Assembly: GCA_045615645.1 (NCBI GenBank)
Contig: JAZLFF010000082.1
Span: forward strand, 45,588-109,587
Direction: 5' to 3'
Length of the DNA stretch: 64,000 nucleotides
Origin: Treponema sp.
GTDB lineage: Bacteria > Spirochaetota > Spirochaetia > Treponematales > Treponemataceae
Of the stretch, positions 51,402 to 60,990 are shown one piece after another (positions within the stretch are counted from its first letter, which is position 1; each line of letters opens with the position of its first letter). The notes under the pieces were generated by a model. It searched no databases, was not told the DNA's origin, and saw nothing but the letters and a program-made list of their open reading frames with translations. Position numbers and translations under genes: made by a program.

Positions 51402-52949
51402 TTATTCTCCTATAGTAGAGTTTTTACCTGAGTTTATAATTTCAGTCATGATTTTTTCCTGAGTAGCATCTTTGCCGCTCATTTCTGTAATCATTTTTCC
51501 TTCATTCATTACATAAATACGATCACACATACCAAGAATTTCTGGCATTTCAGAAGAAATCATAATTACCGATTTTCCTTCTGCTACCATTTTGTTGATA
51601 ATGCAGTAAATTTCGTATTTTGCACCAACATCAATACCGCGAGTAGGTTCATCAAGAATAAGAATATCTGGTTCAGCAAAGAGCCATTTTCCAAGAAGAA
51701 CCTTCTGCATGTTTCCACCAGAAAGATTTCCTACATCTTCCATAACAGATGCACATTTTGTATGCATTTCTTTTGCCATTTCTTCTGAATAAGCGCGTTC
51801 CTTATCAAAATCAATAACGTAGTTTTTAGAAATCTTTTCAGGTTTAGCTGCTGTTGTATTTTTACAAATTGATTCAGTAAGAATAAGTCCATTTCCTTTA
51901 CGGTCTTCAGTAACGTAAGCAAGTCCTGCTTTAATTGCGGATTTTACGGTAGGGAACTGAATTTCTTTTCCGTTCATAAAGATTTGTCCACTGATATTTG
52001 TACCATATGATTTACCGAAAATACTCATTGCGAGCTCTGTTCTTCCGGCACCCATAAGTCCTGAAATACCAAGAACTTCACCTTTTCTAAGATTGAAATT
52101 TATGTGATCACATACTTTAATACCATCAAAAACCGGATGATCAACACACCAGTCTTTTACTTCAAAACAAACTTCACCAACGTGAGATTCGCGTTTAGGG
52201 AAGCGGTCAGAAATACTTCGTCCAACCATTGCCGAAATAATAGTATCTTCTGTGAAATTGTCTTTCGTTTTGTCTAATGAAGTAATTGAAGCACCATCAC
52301 GAATAACAGTGATTTTATCTGCAACATAAGAAACTTCATTTAATTTATGTGAAATGATAATAGAAGTCATTCCCTGTTTTTTGAATTCAAGGAGCAAATC
52401 CAAAAGATGCTTAGCTTCTGTATCATTTAATGAGGCTGTCGGTTCATCAAGAATAAGAAGTTTTACATTCTTTCCAAGAGCTTTAGCAATTTCTACAAGT
52501 TGCTGTTTTCCAACGCCAATATCTTTGATTAAAGTTTTAGATGAATCTTTAAGTCCTACCATACGAAGCAGATCGTCAGCTTTATCATATGTTTCAGACC
52601 AGTTGATTTTTGCTTTACTTCCTCTTTCGTTACCGAGGAACATATTTTCACCAATTGAAAGTAAAGGAACAAGTGCGAGTTCCTGGTGAATAATTACAAT
52701 ACCTTTTGCTTCACTATCGCGAATTGTCTGGAACTGGCAAATTTCATCATTATAGATAATATCACCATCATATGTTCCATACGGGTAAATACCACTGAGA
52801 ACGTTCATCAAAGTTGATTTTCCGGCACCATTTTCACCACAAATTGCGTGAATTTCACCTTCTTCTACAACCAGATTTACATTATCAAGAGCTTTTACAC
52901 CCGGAAAAACTTTTGTAATATTTTTCATTTCCAATAATGTTTTAGCCAT
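51402..52949 (-). CDS. gguA: Multiple-monosaccharide ABC ATP-binding protein (GguA/MmsA/XylG-like)
   Basis: GENGAGKST, tandem NBDs, LSGGN, DEPTRGIDVGAK. Confidence 0.9.
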   Translation of the reverse strand: MAKTLLEMKNITKVFPGVKALDNVNLVVEEGEIHAICGENGAGKSTLMNVLSGIYPYGTYDGDIIYNDEICQFQTIRDSEAKGIVIIHQELALVPLLSIGENMFLGNERGSKAKINWSETYDKADDLLRMVGLKDSSKTLIKDIGVGKQQLVEIAKALGKNVKLLILDEPTASLNDTEAKHLLDLLLEFKKQGMTSIIISHKLNEVSYVADKITVIRDGASITSLDKTKDNFTEDTIISAMVGRSISDRFPKRESHVGEVCFEVKDWCVDHPVFDGIKVCDHINFNLRKGEVLGISGLMGAGRTELAMSIFGKSYGTNISGQIFMNGKEIQFPTVKSAIKAGLAYVTEDRKGNGLILTESICKNTTAAKPEKISKNYVIDFDKERAYSEEMAKEMHTKCASVMEDVGNLSGGNMQKVLLGKWLFAEPDILILDEPTRGIDVGAKYEIYCIINKMVAEGKSVIMISSEMPEILGMCDRIYVMNEGKMITEMSGKDATQEKIMTEIINSGKNSTIGE

Positions 52950-52967
52950 TTGGAACCCCTGATTTTT

Positions 52968-53066
52968 AATTAAGAATTAAGAATGATGAATTAAGAATCC
53001 TTTAGTTTTTAAGAGCTAAGAACTGGTATTATCCAATTCTTAACTCTTAATTCTTAACTCACAATT
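52968..53066. repeat. Family C inverted heptamer arrays
   Basis: Left arm aattaag-aattaag-aatgatg-aattaag; right arm is the reverse complement of aattgtg-agttaag-aattaag-agttaag. Confidence 0.8.
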
Positions 53067-53074
53067 GAATTAGA

Positions 53075-54142
53075 CTATTTCAAGTCAGCTTCTGTGTAGT
53101 ATCCTGAATCGATCAACAATTCTTTGTAGTTGTCGATTGAACCGTAAACTGGTTCACAAAGGAATGAAGGAATAACTCCAGTTCCGTTGTCGTATGTTTT
53201 GTTATCATTGATTGGTGGTTCTGAACCTTTCATGATAGCGTCTACCATTTCTACTACTTTAGAAGCAAGTGTACGTGTATCCTTGAAGATAGACATAGAC
53301 TGTGTTCCAGCGAGCATGTTCTTAACTGCTACAATATCGCAGTCCTGACCTGTGATGAATGGGAAGTTATCAGCTGTATAACCTGCAGAAATAAGAGCGT
53401 TTGTTACACCGTTAGCTGTAGAGTCGTTAGAACAGTAAACTGCATCGAGTTTTGTTCCTTTTGGAGAATATCCGTTAGATGTGATAAGGTTTTCCATACG
53501 TTTCTGAGCTTCTTCTGTAGACCAGTTCAATGTTGCACACTGAGCTTTTGCTGTCTGTCCAGATGGACATACGATTACACCTTTGTTGAGATATGGAGTA
53601 AGAACATCCATAGCACCACCGAAGAAGAAGTTAATATTGTTGTCACCTGGGTCACCTGTGAAGAATTCCATATAAACTGGATCATCAGCACCACGTGTCT
53701 TGAGACCTAATTTTTCTACAAGGTAGTCACCCTGAATTGTACCAACTTTGTAGTTATCAAATGTTGCATAATAAGATACTGCGTTTGTATTCATAATCAA
53801 GCGGTCATAAGCAATAACTTTGATGTTCTTTTTCTTAGCTGTTTCAAGAGCGTTAGAAAGTGAAGAACCATCGATAGCAGCGATTACGAGAACTTTACAT
53901 CCTCCAGTAATCATGTTTTCGATCTGAGATACCTGTGTTGGAATATCATTTGCAGCATACTGTAAGTCTACAGTGTAACCTGCTTTTTCCAACTGAGATT
54001 TCATGTTTGAACCATCCTGATTCCATCTCTGTAAGTCTTTTGTAGGCATTGAAACACCAACTTTTGTTGATGAAGCTCCTTTGCTACAACTTACAAGACC
54101 CAATGTGAGTGCTGCCAACACTACTGCCATAAGTTTTTTCAT
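53075..54142 (-). CDS. chvE: ChvE-type sugar-binding lipoprotein
   Basis: Lipobox LVSC, VSMPTKDLQRWNQDG, YYATFDN, TGQD, IFKDTR; AGGAG RBS before ATG 54142. Confidence 0.88.
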   Translation of the reverse strand: MKKLMAVVLAALTLGLVSCSKGASSTKVGVSMPTKDLQRWNQDGSNMKSQLEKAGYTVDLQYAANDIPTQVSQIENMITGGCKVLVIAAIDGSSLSNALETAKKKNIKVIAYDRLIMNTNAVSYYATFDNYKVGTIQGDYLVEKLGLKTRGADDPVYMEFFTGDPGDNNINFFFGGAMDVLTPYLNKGVIVCPSGQTAKAQCATLNWSTEEAQKRMENLITSNGYSPKGTKLDAVYCSNDSTANGVTNALISAGYTADNFPFITGQDCDIVAVKNMLAGTQSMSIFKDTRTLASKVVEMVDAIMKGSEPPINDNKTYDNGTGVIPSFLCEPVYGSIDNYKELLIDSGYYTEADLK

Positions 54143-54384
54143 AATAAAACTCCTATTTTTTTTATGAAGAGGCACACAACCCCTTTACAATAAAGAGTAT
54201 AGAATGAAAACCCCTTTATGAATTATCAATCATCTACACATTTTTGTTATTTTCTGTTTTCTTACATTTTTAGCACAATAATCTTTAAAAAGTATTAGCA
54301 AATTATTGTTGTAAAAATTGTGCTAATAAATACTACCAAACGCTTCACTTCCCTTTGATTTTTATTTGAGCTATAATACCAGTT

Positions 54385-55239
54385 ATGACAATAAACGAAT
54401 TATCCAACGAAATATACAAAAAATACGGAACTGTAACACGTGCACGTAACTGCTTTTTATATACTAAAAAAGGCGTACGACTCACAGACTTGTTTTTAGA
54501 AAATGGACGAGCCATTTTAGGATGGGAAGGCGGCAATGCTTTTACACACCTCAAAAATGTACTAAGTCGCGGACAAGTTGGAAGTTTCACCTGTGAAGAC
54601 TCAAGCCGAGTTGCAAAAGCAGTTTCAGAATTATTGTCATCAGACCGCCAGATATTTTATTTTTCCAACAAAAAAGATGCCCTAAAAGCCGCATTAGAAA
54701 TATCACCTGTAAATACTTCTACTTATAAACCGTGGAGTCCCGCAAATCAGGACTGGAGCACAATCGACTGTGTAATTCTTGAACCTCCCCTCCCATGGAC
54801 ACAAACCGTCTACATTCTGGCCGCTAAACTTACAACGCCCACACCGCTAAGCATAGCAACCCCTGCCGGCATAGCAGTTTCCGCCCCAATCGCAAACGCA
54901 GGTCTTCCCGGCCTCCAAACTCCAGCGACCGCCATCAATTTACCGTTCGCTATGGAAGCTGCCATTGCCCGCGCAATTTACAACCTCATACAAGCCCTTC
55001 AAACTCGCGAAGAAAAAAACTGGTTCCTTTACGACACCGTTCTTACAAAATACTTTGAACGCAAAGGCCCTTACCTTACTCCAAAAATGCCGGAAAAAAA
55101 CTACACCGACTTTGTCCTCCATTGCCTGAACCTTGGAATTGTAATAAATCCTGATTATAACAGCTTTTCAATTGTACCTTTTGGTGCCGACAAAGGTGTA
55201 TTTACAAAATTAAAAAACTCACCTTTTATCTGGAAATAG
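54385..55239 (+). CDS. Hypothetical protein, degenerate class-III aminotransferase-like fold
   Basis: RARNCFLYTKKG...AILG and CVILEP segments; no PLP-lysine motif seen. Confidence 0.55.
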   Translation: MTINELSNEIYKKYGTVTRARNCFLYTKKGVRLTDLFLENGRAILGWEGGNAFTHLKNVLSRGQVGSFTCEDSSRVAKAVSELLSSDRQIFYFSNKKDALKAALEISPVNTSTYKPWSPANQDWSTIDCVILEPPLPWTQTVYILAAKLTTPTPLSIATPAGIAVSAPIANAGLPGLQTPATAINLPFAMEAAIARAIYNLIQALQTREEKNWFLYDTVLTKYFERKGPYLTPKMPEKNYTDFVLHCLNLGIVINPDYNSFSIVPFGADKGVFTKLKNSPFIWK

Positions 55240-55252
55240 TCGAAAATCAACT

Positions 55253-55540
55253 ATGAATTCAGAAATTTTATTTTTCATCATTAAAATTGTCGTTGGAGGA
55301 ATTGTATCCTTCATTGCAATTATGCTTATGTCAAAAACTCGCGATGCCGCCTGGATGACTTTAGTTGTAGGATTCCTCCTTTCGTATGCAGCACTTGTTT
55401 ACGAACTGCTAATAAAACTTGGAGTATTCACACAAAAAAATCTTACAGCTTTTGGCATTCCGCTCATTTCCTTGCTGTTCGCAATTATTCCAAGTTTATT
55501 TTACATTGCAGCCTTTATAATCAAAATATCGAGGAAATAA
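55253..55540 (+). CDS. Small membrane protein
   Basis: 95 aa, three hydrophobic segments. Confidence 0.7.
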   Translation: MNSEILFFIIKIVVGGIVSFIAIMLMSKTRDAAWMTLVVGFLLSYAALVYELLIKLGVFTQKNLTAFGIPLISLLFAIIPSLFYIAAFIIKISRK

Positions 55541-55993
55541 ATGACAGAAATTGATGAATACTGGAATAAATTTATTGAAGAAACTGGTCGCAGCCAGGAA
55601 GACAAATGTGCCGGAGACTTATGTTTTGAAGCAAAAGGATTTGTCGGCGACGAACTTATAGCGCTCGTCTTAGGAGGTCAAAAATCAGCTTTTTTTTCAA
55701 GCTGGGCAACCTACTCAATCGATCAGGAACCGCTCCCTGTATCCGGTGAATTATACGTTGTACTTGATCGCTCAAATACTCCTCGTTGTATAATTGAAAC
55801 GGAAAGTGTAAATGTTATTCCTTTCAATGAAGTTACTTGGCAAATGGCACAAAAGGAAGGCGAAGACGAAAACTTGGAACAATGGCGCGAACGTAAACGT
55901 GAATACCTTGAAGACGAAGGGGCAATTCTCGGATTTGAGTTTACACCTGATATTAAATTAGTTTTTCAGACTTTCAAAGTAATTTACAAATAA
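55541..55993 (+). CDS. ASCH-domain protein
   Basis: DELIALVLGGQKSA, PRCIIET, KEGED...LEQWR. Confidence 0.85.
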   Translation: MTEIDEYWNKFIEETGRSQEDKCAGDLCFEAKGFVGDELIALVLGGQKSAFFSSWATYSIDQEPLPVSGELYVVLDRSNTPRCIIETESVNVIPFNEVTWQMAQKEGEDENLEQWRERKREYLEDEGAILGFEFTPDIKLVFQTFKVIYK

Positions 55994-56040
55994 TCACCTG
56001 CGCTACCGCTAAAGCGGAGTTTTTATAGGAGTTTAAGAAT

Positions 56041-56451
56041 ATGGAAAAAAATGACAAAACAATTGGAACTTGGGTTTTACAAATAGCTTTAGGGCTTCTT
56101 TTTATTGTTGGAGGTATTTGGACATTGCAAGGTTCCCGCAGCGATGAAATTGCAGCCGCAGTTTATTCAATTTTCGATAACGATGTTGCAAATGTTGTCT
56201 GCATCGTTTACGGAATTATAGAAATTGTTGCCGGAGTTTTTCTTTTACTCAGACTTTTTGTGTACTTAAATACAAACCTCGATTCACTTTTAATGATAAT
56301 CATCATGATTTGTTGGATTGTTGCAATTGTCGTAATTGATTTTCTTGGAAACAACAGTCTTTTCCACAATTTTGACAAAGGTTTTCTTTCGTTTTTAAAT
56401 AAGTTTGCAAAACATTTACTCATTTTAGGAGCAATCATTAAGGTAAAATAA
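56041..56451 (+). CDS. Hypothetical membrane protein
   Basis: AGGAG RBS; three to four TM segments. Confidence 0.7.
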   Translation: MEKNDKTIGTWVLQIALGLLFIVGGIWTLQGSRSDEIAAAVYSIFDNDVANVVCIVYGIIEIVAGVFLLLRLFVYLNTNLDSLLMIIIMICWIVAIVVIDFLGNNSLFHNFDKGFLSFLNKFAKHLLILGAIIKVK

Positions 56452-56452
56452 C

Positions 56453-57031
56453 ATGAAGAAAACACTTACATTATTTTTCTGTTCAATATTTTTATTTTGT
56501 TCACTTTGTGCAGAGGAAAGACTGATTTCCCTTTCCGTCGGATTATGCTCTGGAGTTCCATTTTACAGTTCGCAAAACACAAACGATACTCTTTCCAATT
56601 TTTCAGATGCAAACAACCGCGTTATTTTGGGTACAACTGCAAACATAAACTTAAATATCGACCCAACATTAACTTTTTTCTGTGGTACCGATTTTCTAGC
56701 TGATTTTAACTGGAACTCTGTTCAAAAATTTAATATGTTAAGTCTTGATTTTTCCACTGGTTTAAAAGTTTATCCAGGACTCGGCGGATTTGATCTTGGT
56801 TTAGCATACGTTCTTGGCTACCGAGCAGATTATCTTGGTCCTAAAAAAGGAAAAGCCAGACGAACTTCAACGCCATGGGGCAACGGCTACAAAATCTTTA
56901 TGGAATACAATTTCGCACACGAAGGTTCTTCAAGATTTTTACCAACTATAGGTCTTTGCTGGAAACGTATGCCACGTGGAAACAATTCATTTGATAATCA
57001 ACTTACAGCTTACGCTTGCCTTAATATATAA
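56453..57031 (+). CDS. Putative small outer-membrane beta-barrel protein
   Basis: Signal peptide and alternating amphipathic strands. Confidence 0.55.
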   Translation: MKKTLTLFFCSIFLFCSLCAEERLISLSVGLCSGVPFYSSQNTNDTLSNFSDANNRVILGTTANINLNIDPTLTFFCGTDFLADFNWNSVQKFNMLSLDFSTGLKVYPGLGGFDLGLAYVLGYRADYLGPKKGKARRTSTPWGNGYKIFMEYNFAHEGSSRFLPTIGLCWKRMPRGNNSFDNQLTAYACLNI

Positions 57032-57060
57032 AAAAAGGACATCTCGTTTGAGATGTCCTT
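57030..57060 (-). terminator. Terminator after rny, possibly bidirectional
   Basis: aaggacatctc-gttt-gagatgtcctt perfect stem with A run on the left. Confidence 0.85.
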
Positions 57061-57094
57061 CCCCCTAATTTATAACAAGTTTATTAAACATACA

Positions 57095-58636
57095 CTAACG
57101 TGCATATTCAACAATACGAGTTTCCCTTATCATTGTAAGACGAATACGTCCAGGATAGCGTAAATCAGATTCAATCTGTTTAGCAATACTTCTAGCCAAT
57201 TCCTTTACTTCGCCATCTGGAATCTTTTCATTATTAACCAAAATACGAAGTTCACGACCAGCTTGAATAGCATAAGCTTTTTCTACACCATTAAATCCTT
57301 CTGCAATTGCTTCAAGATTTTCAAGACGTTTAACGTAGTTATCAATTGTTTCGCGGCGTGCACCAGGACGAGCAGCAGAAATTGCATCTGCAATCTGAAC
57401 AATTACAGCTTCAATTGTTTCTGCCTGAATGTCATTATGGTGAGCGGCAATTGCATTAATAACTTTTGCATCTTCGCCCATTTTACGAGCCATTTCTGCA
57501 CCAACTTCTGCATGGTTCTGATCACTATCGTTTTCAGCACCTTTACCAATATCGTGTAAAATTGCGGCGCGTTTTGCAAGTTCACGGTCAGCACCAATTT
57601 CTGCAGCAATCATTGAAGCAGCATTTGCAACTTCTTTTGAATGTGTAAGAACGTTCTGACCATAACTTGTTCTGAAATAAAGGCGTCCAAGAGCACGAAC
57701 ACCATCTGTATTCATATTGTGAATTCCAAGATCGAACAAAGCCTTTTCGCCTTCTTCGTAAATCTTGTTTTGAATTTCGTGTGTAACTTTTTGAACAATT
57801 TCTTCAATTCTGGCCGGATGAATACGTCCATCAGAAATTAATCGTTCCAAAGATTCCTTTGCAATTTCCTTGCGGACAGGGTCAAAGCAGGAAATAACAA
57901 CAGCTTCAGGAGTATCATCAATAATAATATCAACTCCAGTCATTGTTTCCAAAGTTCTAATGTTACGACCTTCACGACCAATAATGCGACCTTTCATTTC
58001 ATCACTAGGAAGAGAAACAGTTGTAACAGTTACATCACTAGTTGTTTCAGGTGCAATTCTCTGAATAGTTGTAATTAAAATATCTTTGGCTTTCTTTTCT
58101 GCAGTAAGCTGAGCTTCCTGTTCAATCTTATTAATTAATGCCTGAGCGTCGTGACGAGCTTCGTTTTCAAGATTTTTAATAATAAGATCTTTTGCTTCCT
58201 GTGCAGATAAACCTGAAATTTTTTCAAGTTGCTCACGATACTCTACTTCCTGTTTAGAAAGTGCTTCTTCTCGTTTTGCAATTGCAGTTTTTTCTTCTGC
58301 AAGTTCTTTTTCATTTTTTTCAAATTCAGCAGCACGTTGATCAAGTAATTCTTCTTTTTTATTTACTCTTGCTTCAAAACGCTGTACTTCAGCTCGACGC
58401 TCTCTGTTCTCTCGTTCCTGTTGATTTCTTTCCCGAATGAGCTCATCTTTTGCATTTAACAAAATTTCTTTTTTCTGTGCTTCGGCTTCTCTTATAGCAT
58501 CCTGTTTTACACGTTCAGCTTTTTGTTCAGAAGCAGATAATTGAAATCTGGCATAAATCCAGCGAATAATCCATCCAAGAACAATTCCAACAATAGGGAG
58601 AACAATGTACAATACAATGTTCATTCTTTTCTCCAT
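57095..58636 (-). CDS. rny: Ribonuclease Y
   Basis: N-terminal TM, coiled coil, KH motif KGRIIGREGRNIR, HD motif LHDIGK, ADAISAARPGAR; start could be 58624. Confidence 0.97.
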   Translation of the reverse strand: MEKRMNIVLYIVLPIVGIVLGWIIRWIYARFQLSASEQKAERVKQDAIREAEAQKKEILLNAKDELIRERNQQERENRERRAEVQRFEARVNKKEELLDQRAAEFEKNEKELAEEKTAIAKREEALSKQEVEYREQLEKISGLSAQEAKDLIIKNLENEARHDAQALINKIEQEAQLTAEKKAKDILITTIQRIAPETTSDVTVTTVSLPSDEMKGRIIGREGRNIRTLETMTGVDIIIDDTPEAVVISCFDPVRKEIAKESLERLISDGRIHPARIEEIVQKVTHEIQNKIYEEGEKALFDLGIHNMNTDGVRALGRLYFRTSYGQNVLTHSKEVANAASMIAAEIGADRELAKRAAILHDIGKGAENDSDQNHAEVGAEMARKMGEDAKVINAIAAHHNDIQAETIEAVIVQIADAISAARPGARRETIDNYVKRLENLEAIAEGFNGVEKAYAIQAGRELRILVNNEKIPDGEVKELARSIAKQIESDLRYPGRIRLTMIRETRIVEYAR

Positions 58637-58663
58637 TAAAAAAATTAGAATAGTTCAGCCTTA

Positions 58664-58692
58664 ATAATACCGTAAGATTGGTTGGATGTCAA
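58664..58692 (-). promoter_or_regulatory. sigma70 promoter of rny
   Basis: TTGACA-17 nt-TATTAT. Confidence 0.75.
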
Positions 58693-58748
58693 ATTATGAT
58701 TTACCGTTTTCAACTGTTTTTAACAGTTTCTTACTGTTTTTAGCATTT

Positions 58749-59621
58749 CTACATAGAGAAATCTTCACCAAGATAAATTTTTCTGGCAACTTCGCTCGCA
58801 AGAATTTCATCTTTGGAACCTTGAGTCATAATTGTTCCCTGATTTATAATAATGGCACGGTCAGTAATCTCCAAAGTATCGCGAACGTTATGGTCCGTAA
58901 TAAGAATACCAATTCCGCGTTTGGCAAGAAGTCGAATCATGCTTTTAATATCGGCAACGGCAATCGGGTCAATTCCGGCGAATGGTTCATCGAGCAAAAG
59001 AAACTTTGGTTCCATGGCAAGAGAACGGGCAATTTCAGTTCTGCGGCGTTCACCTCCAGACAAAGTATAAGCCTTTTGTTTACGAATGCGTTCAATTGCA
59101 AATTCATCAATAAGAGATTCCAAACGTTCCTTTTTCTGTTCTTTTGTCAAATCGCGGCGAGTTTCCAAAATGGACCAGATATTTTCTTCAACTGTAAACT
59201 TTCTAAAAACTGAAGGCTCCTGCGGAAGATACGAAATACCTAGTCTTGCACGCTTATACATTGGAAGGCCCGTTATACACTGATCATCCAGAAAAACATC
59301 CCCTTGTGTAGGTTTATAAAATCCTACAACCATGTAGAAAGTTGTAGTTTTACCAGCACCGTTTGGCCCCAAAAGTCCCAAAACCTCGCCCACCTGCATT
59401 GAAAATTCTACACCACGAACTACCTTTTTATGTCCAAACTGTTTATATAAACTGGAAACCCTGAGAATATGATTCTTCTGCTCTGTAACGTTATTTTCAG
59501 TTGTATTATTTTCAGTTGCGTTATTTTCCGTTGCGTTATTTTCCGTTGCATTATTTTCAATATTTTCAGTTGTGTTAATTTCAGTTGTGTTTATTTCCGT
59601 ATTTTCAACTTGTTCTTCCAT
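58749..59621 (-). CDS. lptB: Lpt ABC transporter ATP-binding protein with repetitive N-terminal extension
   Basis: GPNGAGKTT, YLPQEPS, LSGGERRR, DEPFAGIDP, TDHNVR. Confidence 0.94.
   Translation of the reverse strand: MEEQVENTEINTTEINTTENIENNATENNATENNATENNTTENNVTEQKNHILRVSSLYKQFGHKKVVRGVEFSMQVGEVLGLLGPNGAGKTTTFYMVVGFYKPTQGDVFLDDQCITGLPMYKRARLGISYLPQEPSVFRKFTVEENIWSILETRRDLTKEQKKERLESLIDEFAIERIRKQKAYTLSGGERRRTEIARSLAMEPKFLLLDEPFAGIDPIAVADIKSMIRLLAKRGIGILITDHNVRDTLEITDRAIIINQGTIMTQGSKDEILASEVARKIYLGEDFSM
59481..59610 (-). repeat. 15-bp coding tandem repeats (TENNA/TEINT)
   Basis: ttattttccgttgcg-type units in the lptB 5' end. Confidence 0.85.
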
Positions 59622-59623
59622 AA

Positions 59624-60463
59624 TTATGCCCCTTCAGAAACATTTTCAGCTGCAGTTTCAGTCTTTTCATCAGTTTCGATTTCCGGATTTTCACCTTCCA
59701 TCTTATCACCTTTTACTTCAACAGCCATTTCTTCTCCGGATTTATCCTCACCCCCTTGAACTGCATTTTCATTTTCTGCAGGAGTAACTTCCATCGGTGG
59801 TGTATTATCAGCTGGCACTTCTTCAATATTTGAAGACGGAGTTTCTTCTTTTTTACTATCTGTAACAGTTCCTTTTACATTTCCACCAAGAGTAATATCC
59901 TGAGTATCCATATCAAGAGTAATGTGCTGAGCGCGGAAAACATCTTCCTTTTGTTTAACTTGAGCGTTTCCTGAAATTTCGAGCAACTGTTCTTTTTTAT
60001 GATAAACTGCGTAAGAACCAGAACAAACATTATCTTTTTGTGTAAGGTTGATTTTTATCTGCAAAATGGCAATATCAGTATCTTGATTATATTCAATAAT
60101 TTGAGCCTGCGCTGTAACATCATTTTCTGTATCTTTAAGGTTTACATTTCCCTGCAGCGTTGCAATTCTTGTTTCACGGTCATACGAAAGTTCATCGCAG
60201 GTAAAATCCATATGAGTTTCAAGATTTTTTCCGTTTACTTTACCACGCGCAAGAATATTACGGTAATCATCTCCAGAAAGTTCAATTAAATCTGCTTGAA
60301 TTTCCATAGAATCAGTTTTTATATATGCATTACCAGAAAGACTTGTAGTTGATGCAGAATTTCCAGTTTGACCAGACATACTGTTTGCAGAAAAGATAAT
60401 TTTTTCAGCAAACGCACAATTTACAGAGAAAACAAAAATTAAACAGAACAATAACTTTTTCAT
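59624..60463 (-). CDS. lptA: LptA/OstA-family protein with acidic C-terminal tail
   Basis: Signal peptide, beta-jellyroll-type repeats (LSGNA, LQGNV, ISGNA); lies between lptC and lptB. Confidence 0.8.
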   Translation of the reverse strand: MKKLLFCLIFVFSVNCAFAEKIIFSANSMSGQTGNSASTTSLSGNAYIKTDSMEIQADLIELSGDDYRNILARGKVNGKNLETHMDFTCDELSYDRETRIATLQGNVNLKDTENDVTAQAQIIEYNQDTDIAILQIKINLTQKDNVCSGSYAVYHKKEQLLEISGNAQVKQKEDVFRAQHITLDMDTQDITLGGNVKGTVTDSKKEETPSSNIEEVPADNTPPMEVTPAENENAVQGGEDKSGEEMAVEVKGDKMEGENPEIETDEKTETAAENVSEGA

Positions 60464-60990
60464 TTAGCGTCAATATCTCCAGAAACAGAACCAGTAAATA
60501 CAAACTGCTTACTTATACCACTTGCTGAAAAGCCACTTCCAAACATTACAGTATCATCCGTTTCAATTCTAACCATATTACCACGGCCACTTGTAAGCTG
60601 CTCATTTTTTGCATTCCATTTTAACACATCTGCAAAAAATCGAGTTTTATCGTCTATATTAAATAAAGAAATATCATCGTACAATTCGTAAATTTCTTTA
60701 TCTGTATCGGTAAATAGATAACCACAGGAACCTGTTGTACGAAGCTGGCCATTTTTATTATAAGCGCTAAACTCTACATTTTTTGCAAAAGTTTCGGAAG
60801 AACCTTTGTATTGTTCGAGCGCATCCGCTTTTATTTCAACAGTAATTTTCCGGTCTTCGTAACGAGTTATTGTAGTATCCTGAAAAACAAACTCAGGAAT
60901 TTTTTCATCAACTTCGAGAGTATCAGTATATTTTAAGGAACAGGAAGAGAAGATTATAAATGTAGAAAATAAAATTAAAACTTTTTTCAA
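60460..60990 (-). CDS. lptC: LptC-family protein
   Basis: Lipobox FSSC, LKWNAK...GSGFSA pattern, synteny with lptA and lptB. Confidence 0.78.
   Translation of the reverse strand: MKKVLILFSTFIIFSSCSLKYTDTLEVDEKIPEFVFQDTTITRYEDRKITVEIKADALEQYKGSSETFAKNVEFSAYNKNGQLRTTGSCGYLFTDTDKEIYELYDDISLFNIDDKTRFFADVLKWNAKNEQLTSGRGNMVRIETDDTVMFGSGFSASGISKQFVFTGSVSGDIDAK

Noticed and set aside
58637-58748. 6S RNA upstream of rny
   Set aside because: The gap is only about 110 nt, is explained by a sigma70 promoter, and lacks a long rod-like stem
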